Source: a bacterium (GTDB lineage Bacteria; Bdellovibrionota_C; UBA2361; RFPC01). From it: 64,000 bases of DNA. Below are positions 1 to 8,783 of this stretch, piece after piece. The stretch is from positions 17,992 to 81,991 of the forward strand of contig RFPC01000003.1 of the NCBI GenBank assembly GCA_009926305.1, in the 5' to 3' direction. Made by a program: the position numbers and the translations under genes. Position 1 is the first letter of the stretch, and the number at the start of each line of letters is the position of its first letter. Under the pieces are notes generated by a model. It did not search any database and was not told where the DNA came from. It saw only the letters and a program-made list of their open reading frames with translations.

Positions 1-289
1 TGATAATAGTATTCATTCTCTGAAGTGAGAGAATAATCTCTCCATTCGTTGCAGTCGCACCTCCACATAGACCAGTTCGACCTCCTGAGGGCACAACGCC
101 TATTTTGTTTTCAGCACACTGCCTAATGATTTGTTGAATCTGTTCTGTTGAGGATGGGAGTAGCACGAGAGAAGGTGACCCCCTAAAGTTCTTGCAGGTA
201 TCGACTCCATAGCTCTGTAGATCAAAGCTGTCTGAGAGAATAGCCTCGGACGGCAAAATATTATCGAAAAGATTGGAAAGAGGTCGCAT
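1..289 (-). CDS. FAD-linked oxidase (GlcD/D-lactate dehydrogenase-like), N-terminal part, runs off window start
   Basis: Reverse-strand translation from the ATG at 289-287 gives MRPLSNLF...LVLLPSSTEQIQQIIRQCAENKIGVVPSGGRTGLCGGATATNGEIILSLQRMN, a typical FAD_binding_4 N-terminus with the GGxTG loop. It has no stop in the window, so it is absent from the ORF track. Confidence 0.5.
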   Translation of the reverse strand, partial: MRPLSNLFDNILPSEAILSDSFDLQSYGVDTCKNFRGSPSLVLLPSSTEQIQQIIRQCAENKIGVVPSGGRTGLCGGATATNGEIILSLQRMNTII

Positions 290-422
290 GCCCAGACTTT
301 ACAATGAATTCAAAGCGAGGTGAAGCCATAGAGAAGATTTGGGGGTTTGAGCTTCAAGGGTAAAAGTTTTTAGCTCTTCTCTTGAGAATATAAGAGGGAA
401 AAATTACCATTGGACCTAGTTA

Positions 423-839
423 TTGGGGGCTATCATGACTATCAGCGATGTTTTAGCGCAGGAGCTCGCTCAGTTAGCATCTCTCTTGCAGGAAAGTAAG
501 CCTGATTGGCGAGATGAGATGGAGGATTTATCTCTTCCAAGTCTATTACTGAGAATTAAACAAAAGCGGCTAACGCCAGAAGGGAACAGCGTACATGATG
601 CGTCTTCTGCCATTTTAATCGAGGCTGGTAGGCCACCAAATTTGCACTTCACTGGGGTATCAGAGGGCTTGGAGGGACTCGTCACCATCACGTTTAACTC
701 CGAAGATGTTATAGCCGGAATACGGGCTGGAGATGATACGCTACAAAGTGCTCATCATAGAGGAGATCTCAGTATTGTCGGAGAACTTCGAAGTTGTTGG
801 TTTATTTCTCAGCTTTTGAGTGATGTTTGGAGTGGATAG
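423..839 (+). CDS. hypothetical protein (138 aa)
   Basis: Complete ORF divergent from the FAD oxidase gene. No recognisable motif. Confidence 0.3.
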   Translation: MGAIMTISDVLAQELAQLASLLQESKPDWRDEMEDLSLPSLLLRIKQKRLTPEGNSVHDASSAILIEAGRPPNLHFTGVSEGLEGLVTITFNSEDVIAGIRAGDDTLQSAHHRGDLSIVGELRSCWFISQLLSDVWSG

Positions 840-842
840 ACA

Positions 843-1133
843 GTGAGCATTCATCTGTTAGAGATTCAATCTCATCAAGAGGTTCGAGAAGTGGAAAAGC
901 AGGCTCGAAAATTGGCTATGACTGGAGGATATGAGGTTTCTCTTTCCTCTGATATGTCATCCGCTGATATCGATATAATACTTGAGGTGTGGTCGAAACA
1001 GCTTGATAAATACACGTTCGGGACGAAAGCTCGTGAGGTAGGTTTGGCAGGCAGAATTTTAGGACTTCTGAGGGAACATCCTCATGTAAGTGAGTCGCAA
1101 AAGAGCCAAATTAGTGCTATTTTGGGGAAATAG
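843..1133 (+). CDS. hypothetical protein (96 aa), GTG start
   Basis: ORF lying between the upstream hypothetical gene and the SufU-like gene. Tight spacing suggests an operon. Confidence 0.3.
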   Translation: MSIHLLEIQSHQEVREVEKQARKLAMTGGYEVSLSSDMSSADIDIILEVWSKQLDKYTFGTKAREVGLAGRILGLLREHPHVSESQKSQISAILGK

Positions 1134-1170
1134 AGAAGAAGCGAGGGAATGGAATAAACTTTCGGAAAAG

Positions 1171-1647
1171 ATGATGGAAGAATTAGAAAGCCTATATCAA
1201 GATCTCATTATTGATCATTATAAAAATCCTCGTTGTCGCGGTATCATAGAGAGTCCAGATGCATCAAGTCGGTTATTGAATCCTTTATGCGGAGATGAGA
1301 TCGAAGTCTTTCTTGCTCTCAATGCTGGCCGTTGTTGCGATGTAAAAAATGAGGGGAAGGGATGTTCAATTAGTCAAGCATCTGCGTCAATGATGTCAGA
1401 GCTGTGTAGTGGTCTTTCTATTGAACAGCTGAGGGAGAAAGCAGCTCTTTTTGTTCGAATGATGAAGGAATCATTGGAGGATGAGCAGTGTGATGAGCTA
1501 GGAGATTGTGCTGCACTTCAGGGAGTTCGCCGTTTTTCTGCCCGCATTCGATGTGCAATGTTGCCGTGGGAGGCTCTTTCCAAGTGTCTGGACCAGTTAG
1601 AGCCTGGTGACAACACTGGTGAGAACAAAGTTCTTGGCTACTCGTAA
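1171..1647 (+). CDS. SufU/IscU-like Fe-S cluster scaffold (NifU N-terminal domain family)
   Basis: Motifs HYKNPRCRG, NPLCGDEIEV and GKGCSISQASASMMSEL are the three conserved Cys regions of IscU/SufU. The internal ATG at 1171 (MMEELESLYQ) is preferred over 1090 because 1090 overlaps the upstream ORF. Confidence 0.65.
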   Translation: MMEELESLYQDLIIDHYKNPRCRGIIESPDASSRLLNPLCGDEIEVFLALNAGRCCDVKNEGKGCSISQASASMMSELCSGLSIEQLREKAALFVRMMKESLEDEQCDELGDCAALQGVRRFSARIRCAMLPWEALSKCLDQLEPGDNTGENKVLGYS

Positions 1648-1724
1648 AAGCGAAGAACGATCAATTGATGAGCTGAATGGTCGTTAAGTTGCGGGCGTTC
1701 TCTGATGCAAAGAGAACTCAGCTC

Positions 1725-2450
1725 TTATTCACTTTTCAGCGCCCGCCAGCAGCTATCAGCGATAATATCTGCCACTAATTTCGGTGATTCCTCGTTATAT
1801 CCGTCTAACCAGTCTCGGACATATCCAACTGGGATACCAAATAGAATACTCCAGATAATGTTTGCTTTCAGCGGCCGAATCTTGCCCTCTTGAATTCCTC
1901 TTCGAATAGTCTTCGTCAGTTTTCTACCGAGAGGGTCAAAACCAACTCTCGTCGGATGGCGAATAATACCCGTCATAAACTCATTATGACGACACAGCCA
2001 AAGATATTTTGAGAGTTGATGGTTGGCCTCTGAAAAATGAAGAAAAGATATGATTATCTTTTTCGTAAACTCCTCAACATCGTCTACTTGAGCGAGTGCT
2101 TGATACAAGGCTGCTCTAAAAGCGGTAATCCCCTCAGTATACAGGGCACGGGCAACTTCCTCTTTGTTTTTGAAATTATGGTAGATGGAACCCACACTAC
2201 ATTTGCTGTCCCGACTGAGGTCAGGAACATTGGTTCTAAAATATCCCTGTTCTACAAACAGCTTAAGAGCCGCAGCGAGTATCCGTTGTTTCGGAGTAAA
2301 CTCCGACAAGGCTCTTTTTTGAAGGGCATCCTCTTTGAGTGCTTCGGCGGTATTTACGGAGGATGATTGGATGGAATCGGTGTCATTTGCCATAGATACG
2401 TTTTTACCCTGTAGTGAGGGAGTGGGGCAAGCGTTCTCCTCATAAAGCAT
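1725..2450 (-). CDS. TetR/AcrR-family transcriptional regulator
   Basis: N-terminal HTH RILAAALKLFVEQGYFRTNVPDLSRDSKCSVGSIYHNFKNKEEV is typical of TetR_N. The true start may be the internal Met (MANDTDS). Confidence 0.65.
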   Translation of the reverse strand: MLYEENACPTPSLQGKNVSMANDTDSIQSSSVNTAEALKEDALQKRALSEFTPKQRILAAALKLFVEQGYFRTNVPDLSRDSKCSVGSIYHNFKNKEEVARALYTEGITAFRAALYQALAQVDDVEEFTKKIIISFLHFSEANHQLSKYLWLCRHNEFMTGIIRHPTRVGFDPLGRKLTKTIRRGIQEGKIRPLKANIIWSILFGIPVGYVRDWLDGYNEESPKLVADIIADSCWRALKSE

Positions 2451-2538
2451 GACATCTCAGCCGCTTTATGAAGCATTGGGGGGAAGGTTCAGTAGTTAAG
2501 CGCTGAAGGGGCTCTGTGAGAGATTAGGTAGTATTGAG

Positions 2539-2577
2539 CCGTCAGGAGAGTTCGTTCGTTCGCATCTCTCCTGACGG
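2539..2577. terminator. perfect 12-bp inverted repeat (ccgtcaggagag / ctctcctgacgg) with a 15-nt loop, located 22 nt after the stop of the response-regulator gene
   Basis: Read directly from the sequence. No U-tract follows on either strand, so it could be a factor-dependent terminator or a protein-binding palindrome. Confidence 0.4.
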
Positions 2578-2598
2578 ACTAATCCCTTAAAGACAAAC

Positions 2599-3243
2599 CT
2601 AGATTGAAATCAGGTTTTGGGCGATGGCCAGTTTTACTAGCTCCGCATTTGTCCTCACTTTAAGTTTCTTGAGAATATTACTTCGGTGGGTATCTACTGT
2701 ACGAGTACTAATGTGTAGAAGTTTCCCAATTTCCCGATTTGGTTTGCCATCTGCTAAGTGCGCCATAATTTCAATCTCTCTCTTTGTGAGAACGGAAAGA
2801 GGGTTTTCAAGAGGCGAATCAGTAGGCGAATTATCCATAAGAGGAGCTGTTATAGATGGGCTCAAATACGTTTTGCCGTCAAGAATAGAGGTGATAGCGA
2901 ATTCGAGTTCATCAAGGCTTGCATTTTTAGGCAGATAGCCTTTAGCGCCTGCCTTTAGCATCGCTCTTATCTTCGTTTGAGCTTCATTAGCGGACAAAAC
3001 AAGTACAGGGGGAACTCGTCCCTCTGCTGCCAACGTTTCAAGCGCTGCAAGTCCATCAACTTTCGGCATGGTAACATCGAGAATAACAAGATGTGGATTT
3101 GAGGCTCTGGAGTTAAGAATATTCACGAGCTCATCACCGTTGGAGGCTTGAGCAACGACGTTATATTTTCCTCGAGTCTCCAGGAGTTCGCAAAGCGCCT
3201 CCCTCAAGACGACGTGGTCATCAGCGATTACGAGATCAATCAT
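2599..3243 (-). CDS. NarL/FixJ-family response regulator (REC + LuxR-type HTH)
   Basis: MIDLVIADDHVVLREAL, ILDVTMPKVDG and a C-terminal REIEIMAHLADGKPNREIGKLLHISTRTVDTHRSNILKKL. No cognate kinase gene is adjacent. Confidence 0.85.
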   Translation of the reverse strand: MIDLVIADDHVVLREALCELLETRGKYNVVAQASNGDELVNILNSRASNPHLVILDVTMPKVDGLAALETLAAEGRVPPVLVLSANEAQTKIRAMLKAGAKGYLPKNASLDELEFAITSILDGKTYLSPSITAPLMDNSPTDSPLENPLSVLTKREIEIMAHLADGKPNREIGKLLHISTRTVDTHRSNILKKLKVRTNAELVKLAIAQNLISI

Positions 3244-3461
3244 GGTTTCCTTCCTTAGTTAAAGAGAAGTGAGTAAAACGACCTCGTCTTCCCGTGTTTC
3301 ATCCTTGATAGTTAGGCGGTATTTCCTCTAGCGCTCAATCTTTGAGTGCCTTGCCTCACAGGAGTATTACGACGTTCTCGTAGTAAAACTTTAGAGTTTC
3401 GTATGCAAATTACATAGAACACGGTAATTTTCGTAAGTAGTTGAAACTGCTAGCTGCACGA

Positions 3462-4049
3462 CTAATCAGTCGCCTTTCCAGCTTGAGCAGAAGACTTTTT
3501 CGAAAGCATCAAGCGGATATTTTCTATTACGTTGGCAAGCTGTAAGGGTGCTCTTACTCCCGATAGCACAAGTTCGCTAATATCTTCAGCGGCAGTATTT
3601 AGCTCAATAGAACCATAGCCAAAGATTCGCCCATAGATGCTCTGATTTACGGAGACTGCTCGAATGTCGATATAGCGAATAGAAGGAACGGTCAACTGAA
3701 GAGAAAGTCTGCCACCTTTGTGAACAATTCGTTCACGTTCAAAGATATACAGGTCGTCATGATATCGCCTGACTGCTTCTACGCAAAACGCAATCGGGAT
3801 AAGGTAGAATAGAAGAATGAACTTTGATTCAATGAGACTGGATAGGCTTGAGCCGTCTTCGTTTGGCAGAAAGAGAATCAGGGTAATCACTACAGTAGAG
3901 ATTATAGCGCAAGAGATAAGCCCAAGCATCGAGCGCGGAGTCCGTTTTATCTCCATTAAAGTATTGCCTTCAACCTTCAGAAGTTCTTCGGCGGACTTAT
4001 AGAATGGCATACGTATTCCTACTCCTGATTTATAACCTGTTGTATACAC
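3462..4049 (-). CDS. membrane protein (two TM helices + soluble domain; bacterial PH-domain-like)
   Basis: Hydrophobic segments ISCAIISTVVITLILFL and FILLFYLIPIAFCV. Its start overlaps the aminotransferase gene by 31 nt. Confidence 0.4.
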   Translation of the reverse strand: MYTTGYKSGVGIRMPFYKSAEELLKVEGNTLMEIKRTPRSMLGLISCAIISTVVITLILFLPNEDGSSLSSLIESKFILLFYLIPIAFCVEAVRRYHDDLYIFERERIVHKGGRLSLQLTVPSIRYIDIRAVSVNQSIYGRIFGYGSIELNTAAEDISELVLSGVRAPLQLANVIENIRLMLSKKSSAQAGKATD

Positions 4050-5104
4050 AAAAAGCAGCGATCAATATCTTCAGAAGATATTATCCCCATGTGACCGATA
4101 CGAACAACTTCTCCTTTCCATTCATCCTGTCCTCCAGCCACCTGAATCTGAAATCTCGACTTCAATGTAGAACGTAATTTTTCTGCGTTTATAGAGAGCG
4201 GTGGTCGTGCTCCAGAAACACTATGAGCGCCATGGGAGACATTTATGGGTGAAAATCCAAGCTCTGAAAACCAAAACAGCGCTCTATTGCGGCAGTTTTT
4301 ATGACGGGTATATACATTTTCCCATCCCTCCCTTTCAAAAAGTGAAAGAGCAGCCTTGAGACCAGCGATTAATGAGATAGCGGGGGTCCATGCTGCATTG
4401 CCACTCGTTTGTTGGCGGTATTCATTTTTCAGATCGAAGTAAAGAGTTCTTGGCTTTATGTCCGCACTGGAGTCCCAATACTTCGGACTGAGGAAGAGCA
4501 TAGTCAATCCTGGTGGTACCATAAATGATTTCTGAGATGCAGTGATAACAGCATCCCAGTGCTGTGCATTAAGATCCCACTTGACCGTAGCAGCAGAGGA
4601 AATGGCATCAATGATTAATATTATATGTGGAAATCTCTCTTTAATAGATTGAGATATTGAAGTTACATCATGTTCTACCGTCGTTGATGTCTCACAGAAT
4701 TGAAGAGCAAAGTGGGTAATTTCGGGAGATTGTTCAAGAAAAGAAATAACGTTTTCTGTAGTTGCAGATTCTCCCCAAGGTAATTGTAGTCTTTTTGACC
4801 TTAACTGAGCAGATTCTGCAATCTGACCCCAACGTTCTCCGAACTTGCCAGCATCGAGATAACCCAATGTATCACTCGGCCCGACGCTATTAAGAACTAC
4901 AGCCTCCATTCCACCTGTTCCTGAGCAGCTGAGAAATAGGGGAAGAACCGGTGAATGCATAGCCTGAGCAAGCTGTTCACGTGTGTCCTGAAAGAGCCGT
5001 CTAAATTCTGGGGTTCGATGATGAAGCTCGTGCGAATGCATTGCTCGGAGGATTTCATCTGGAATATGGGTTGGACCTGGGGTGAACAGTGATATCTGAG
5101 GCAT
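4019..5104 (-). CDS. class V aminotransferase (serine-glyoxylate/alanine-glyoxylate/phosphoserine aminotransferase-like)
   Basis: 361 aa with the overall architecture and length of the AGXT/SerC class V fold. The specific pyridoxal-lysine motif was not pinpointed. Confidence 0.7.
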   Translation of the reverse strand: MPQISLFTPGPTHIPDEILRAMHSHELHHRTPEFRRLFQDTREQLAQAMHSPVLPLFLSCSGTGGMEAVVLNSVGPSDTLGYLDAGKFGERWGQIAESAQLRSKRLQLPWGESATTENVISFLEQSPEITHFALQFCETSTTVEHDVTSISQSIKERFPHIILIIDAISSAATVKWDLNAQHWDAVITASQKSFMVPPGLTMLFLSPKYWDSSADIKPRTLYFDLKNEYRQQTSGNAAWTPAISLIAGLKAALSLFEREGWENVYTRHKNCRNRALFWFSELGFSPINVSHGAHSVSGARPPLSINAEKLRSTLKSRFQIQVAGGQDEWKGEVVRIGHMGIISSEDIDRCFLCIQQVINQE

Positions 5105-5147
5105 ACGATTTTGTTACTTCTCCATTGAGAAATTAGACTCAAAAAAT

Positions 5148-5163
5148 GGGCAAGCTCCTTGCA
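5148..5163 (+). promoter_or_regulatory. sigma-54-type promoter (GGCAAG-N4-TTGCA)
   Basis: tGGGCAAGctccTTGCAa matches the TGGCACG-N4-TTGCW consensus with GG-N10-GC spacing. It lies about 130 nt upstream of the ORF that heads the flgF operon. Confidence 0.45.
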
Positions 5164-5289
5164 ACTCCTCTATCAGAATAACCAGTTCTGAAAAGATGTA
5201 TTTGATAACTTATCAGAATTATTAGGCTCTTCGCGAGTGAATTGTCGGAAGTCTGACAGCAAAAGTGCAGTTCATGACGTTTCTCTGAC

Positions 5290-6210
5290 GTGAAACTTGA
5301 GCCGAATTGGAGTGAAAAGATGATCGAATCTCTACCCATTGTAAGCCTTGTCATTGATATTGCGCTCTCTTGCACTATCTTCTACCTAGCCGTACGAGTC
5401 GGAAGAGGACGAGGGCCGTCAGCAGCAAAGCTACAAGCGCTTGAGGCTCTAGAGGAAAGCCTTTCACGGCTTCTGAAAGAGGCGAGTGGAGCCAACGGAG
5501 AGCTGCAAAGAGCTTTGCAGCAAGAGCAAAAGAAGCTCGAAGAGCTCCTCTTTGATATTGAGACCGTCGAGCAGCGTTTGAATAAAGGATTTGATGATGC
5601 CCGATCTGCTTACCGCTCCTTAAAGAAGATTTTAGAACACTCTGCTGGAATCGAGAAAAGACTCCAGACGCTTCATCAAAGCTCAGAGAGGAGCGTAGAC
5701 TCACCAGCACCGAATACAACCCAAGACCGCAGTAGAAGTTCTCTGTCTGCTCAGGTGGAAAGCATCGAATATGATAGGGCTCATCAGCCTCGTCACCGAC
5801 AAGGAGTGACCCAGAAGCGAACATCAAAAGTGAATACGCAACCAATGGCGAGTTCGAGTCGCAGGCCACTTCGTGAAAGAATCACGAAAGAGTCTGTTGT
5901 GCCAGGTCAACGAACACACTTACCAAGTGCTCAGCAATCACTAGAGGATATCTATGCAACCTGTGAGGAGCTACTTCGAGCTGGTCAGTCGATGCAAGAG
6001 GTAGCAGCACGCGTTAACCTTTCCATTGATGAGGTGGAGAGACTCCAGAGTCTCATGATTCTGGAGGAAGGGGCACCTGAGATACCTTCGGAGAACTCCT
6101 CAGCACACGAAGCTTCTGCAATTAAGAGCCATCCCACGTTAGGTGCTCTCAGTCAAAGGAGAACACAAGAGACAAATCCGATCGCGAGATCGCGACAGGT
6201 GATTTCATAG
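5290..6210 (+). CDS. hypothetical membrane-anchored coiled-coil protein with C-terminal HTH-like motif, first gene of the flgF operon
   Basis: N-terminal TM (LPIVSLVIDIALSCTIFYLAV), a long coiled coil, and a C-terminal SMQEVAARVNLSIDEVERL. The antisense ORF 5375..5869 is judged a shadow ORF. Confidence 0.5.
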   Translation: MKLEPNWSEKMIESLPIVSLVIDIALSCTIFYLAVRVGRGRGPSAAKLQALEALEESLSRLLKEASGANGELQRALQQEQKKLEELLFDIETVEQRLNKGFDDARSAYRSLKKILEHSAGIEKRLQTLHQSSERSVDSPAPNTTQDRSRSSLSAQVESIEYDRAHQPRHRQGVTQKRTSKVNTQPMASSSRRPLRERITKESVVPGQRTHLPSAQQSLEDIYATCEELLRAGQSMQEVAARVNLSIDEVERLQSLMILEEGAPEIPSENSSAHEASAIKSHPTLGALSQRRTQETNPIARSRQVIS

Positions 6211-6225
6211 TAGGAGAAAAACAGA

Positions 6226-7011
6226 ATGGACCGCGGAACGTACTCATCAGCTGCAGCGGGAATGCTTCAGCTCTCAAAACTCGAGATTATCAACAATAAT
6301 CTTGCCAATCTGAATACTCCTGGTTTTAAAGGACAGGTTGTTGTCTCTCGTGAGGGCGAGTTCAAGGATACTCTTGCGAGCACTATGAAAAGAAGAACGC
6401 CCTATGCGAAAGAAGATTATGATAGAACTCCTGGGGTAAGGGAAGTTGAGGCGATTACTGATTTCCGTTTAGGGCCAATTGAACAGACTGGTCAGCCACT
6501 TCATGCAGCACTACGAGATCCGAATGAGTTCTTCGTAGTAAGATCTGCCGATGGACCCGTTTATACCCGCGCCGGAAATTTTACACTCGATAGCGGAGGG
6601 CGTTTGGTGACCCCTGATGGGATGCCTGTTCTTGCAGATGGGGGAGAGATAGTAGTGAATCAGGGTATTCCTACTATGACTTCAGGGGGATTTGTTCAAG
6701 TTACGGGCTTGCCTGGAGGGTTAACGCAAAACGCTGGAAGAGTCCAAATAGTTCGCTTTGATGACCTCTCGCAATTACAACGAGTTGGGGCGAGTAAGTT
6801 TCGTGTTCCTGACGGTACCGCACAACCTGAGCCAGTGGCCAATCCGAGCGTTGTTCCAAAAGCTATCGAGACATCAAACATATCTGCAATCCAAGCTATT
6901 GTAGATTTGATTGCAACCAATCGAGGCTTTGAGCTGTATACAAAGACTGCTCGGTCAATTGATTCAATGAATCAGACAGCAATTCAACGTGTCGGAAGAA
7001 GATCTGCGTAG
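6226..7011 (+). CDS. flgF: flagellar basal-body rod protein FlgF
   Basis: N-terminal AAGMLQLSKLEIINNNLANLNTPGFK plus the flagellar rod C-terminal domain. Positioned immediately before flgG. Confidence 0.8.
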   Translation: MDRGTYSSAAAGMLQLSKLEIINNNLANLNTPGFKGQVVVSREGEFKDTLASTMKRRTPYAKEDYDRTPGVREVEAITDFRLGPIEQTGQPLHAALRDPNEFFVVRSADGPVYTRAGNFTLDSGGRLVTPDGMPVLADGGEIVVNQGIPTMTSGGFVQVTGLPGGLTQNAGRVQIVRFDDLSQLQRVGASKFRVPDGTAQPEPVANPSVVPKAIETSNISAIQAIVDLIATNRGFELYTKTARSIDSMNQTAIQRVGRRSA

Positions 7012-7020
7012 GAGGAAAAT

Positions 7021-7809
7021 ATGTTACGAGCTTTATATACTGCTGCAACAGGTATGAATGCCCAAGAAACGAATATTGATGTTATTTCGAATAACTTGGC
7101 GAATATCAACACCACATCTTTTAAGAAAAGTAGAGCAGAGTTTCAGGATCTCATGTACCAGAATCTCTTGGACCCAGGGGCGCAAACATCCGAGTCTACT
7201 CGGAACTCCACAGGAATGCAGATTGGACTTGGTGTTGAAACAGTATCTGTTCAGAAAGTTCATACTCAAGGAGACCTAAAGAATACGGGCCGTAATCTTG
7301 ATATTGCAATTGAAGGGGAGGGAATGCTTCAGGTTACTCTTCCGAATGGACAGTTTGCCTACACTCGGGCGGGTGCTCTCCAACTTGATCAATTAGGAAA
7401 TCTCGTTACTTCAGAAGGATATACAGTTGACTCTGGACTTAATGTTCCAACGGATGCGCTTGCTGTTGTATTTGCTCAAGATGGAACTATTAGTGCAAGA
7501 ACCTCAGGGAGTGCTACGCCAGTTAATGTGGGACAGCTTCAGGCATATCGGTTTCCAAATAGTTCTGGGCTACGAGCGATTGGAATGAATCTCTATGAGC
7601 CGACTGAGTCTTCAGGGGTAGTTCAGACAGGGAACTTTAATCAGAACGGTTTCGGTAGAATTAATCAAGGATTTCTGGAGACGAGCAATGTAAGCGTTGT
7701 TGAACAAGTAGTAAATATGATTACCGCTCAACGCGCGTATGAAGCCTCTTCGAAAGGGGTTCGTGCAGCTGAAGAAATGCTTACCCAGGCTATAAACTTG
7801 AAGAGATAA
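7021..7809 (+). CDS. flgG: flagellar distal rod protein FlgG
   Basis: MLRALYTAATGMNAQETNIDVISNNLANINTTSFK and the C-terminal VVNMITAQRAYEASSKGV. Confidence 0.9.
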   Translation: MLRALYTAATGMNAQETNIDVISNNLANINTTSFKKSRAEFQDLMYQNLLDPGAQTSESTRNSTGMQIGLGVETVSVQKVHTQGDLKNTGRNLDIAIEGEGMLQVTLPNGQFAYTRAGALQLDQLGNLVTSEGYTVDSGLNVPTDALAVVFAQDGTISARTSGSATPVNVGQLQAYRFPNSSGLRAIGMNLYEPTESSGVVQTGNFNQNGFGRINQGFLETSNVSVVEQVVNMITAQRAYEASSKGVRAAEEMLTQAINLKR

Positions 7810-8783
7810 TGATGCGTTTATTGTTTGTCATATTTATTGGATTCTTCTTGTTTGCTTTTCAAGTAAGTGCAGAGGTGCATGAAAAACACACCTCAGACAT
7901 ACGTATTTTTGGAAAGCAAAACAGCACAGTTATAAATCAAGAGTTTACTCTGGGAGATTTAGCGGGAGTAGAGTCTAAATTTATTAGCGATGATGAGGCT
8001 ATCATCGCCCTGCAGGCAATAGTCTTAGGGAAAAGTCCAAGAGCTGGTAAAAAGAAAACGATTTCGGCGGCACAGGTCTTAGCAACGCTTCGCGAGGCTG
8101 GAGTTGAACTCGATAGTTTGCGATATGCGTTTCCACGAGTAATGACCGTTGAGCGAGCTTCTCGTCTCCTCAGTATTCAAGAAGTTGAAAGCCTTGTCAG
8201 GGAGGGACTTCCAGCCGATGGGGAGATTGAATTGGTTCGCGTGAAATACGACGGAAATATTCACGTTTTGCCCGGCCCTCTTGCCTTTAGTAGTGAAGTG
8301 ATACCATCAAATAGGAAATCTCAGTATCTTGCAAAAATATCGATAACACCAGAAAGCGGAGAGCTAATGACTCTTAATATTCCGCTTGAGGTTCGCGAAT
8401 ATGTCCAGGTTCCTATAGCAAAGCATGCTCTTCCTAAGGGAGCCATTATTTCATCTGGAGATGTGAAAATGGCACGGGCCCGTTTATCAGATATTCCGAC
8501 TGATTCAGCAATGGACTCCAGAGAGATTGTGGGACAAGCGATTAAATATCCGATATCGCATGGTGAAGTATTTAGCCGCAGAAAGCTGTCTCTCCCTGCC
8601 ATGGTCACTCGCGGAGCACGAGTGACCTTACGATATCGCTCTTCGCTGCTAGAAGCGACTGCCAGCGGTATCGCGCTTGAGGAAGGTGCTTTGGGTCAAC
8701 GGATACAGGTAAGAAACGATAGTTCGAAAAAAATGATTACTGGAGAGGTGATAAGTCCAGGTCTGATAGAGGTGACGCGATGA
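7809..8783 (+). CDS. flgA: flagellar P-ring assembly chaperone FlgA (SAF domain), signal peptide
   Basis: Signal peptide LFVIFIGFFLFAFQVSA. Sits between flgG and flgH and shares TAATG/ATGA overlaps with both. Confidence 0.7.
   Translation: MMRLLFVIFIGFFLFAFQVSAEVHEKHTSDIRIFGKQNSTVINQEFTLGDLAGVESKFISDDEAIIALQAIVLGKSPRAGKKKTISAAQVLATLREAGVELDSLRYAFPRVMTVERASRLLSIQEVESLVREGLPADGEIELVRVKYDGNIHVLPGPLAFSSEVIPSNRKSQYLAKISITPESGELMTLNIPLEVREYVQVPIAKHALPKGAIISSGDVKMARARLSDIPTDSAMDSREIVGQAIKYPISHGEVFSRRKLSLPAMVTRGARVTLRYRSSLLEATASGIALEEGALGQRIQVRNDSSKKMITGEVISPGLIEVTR

Noticed and set aside
1090-1170. Longer SufU-like ORF starting at 1090 and overlapping the previous ORF by 44 nt
   Set aside because: The internal ATG at 1171 begins the conserved IscU/SufU region and avoids the overlap. 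The extra N-terminal residues are not part of the family.
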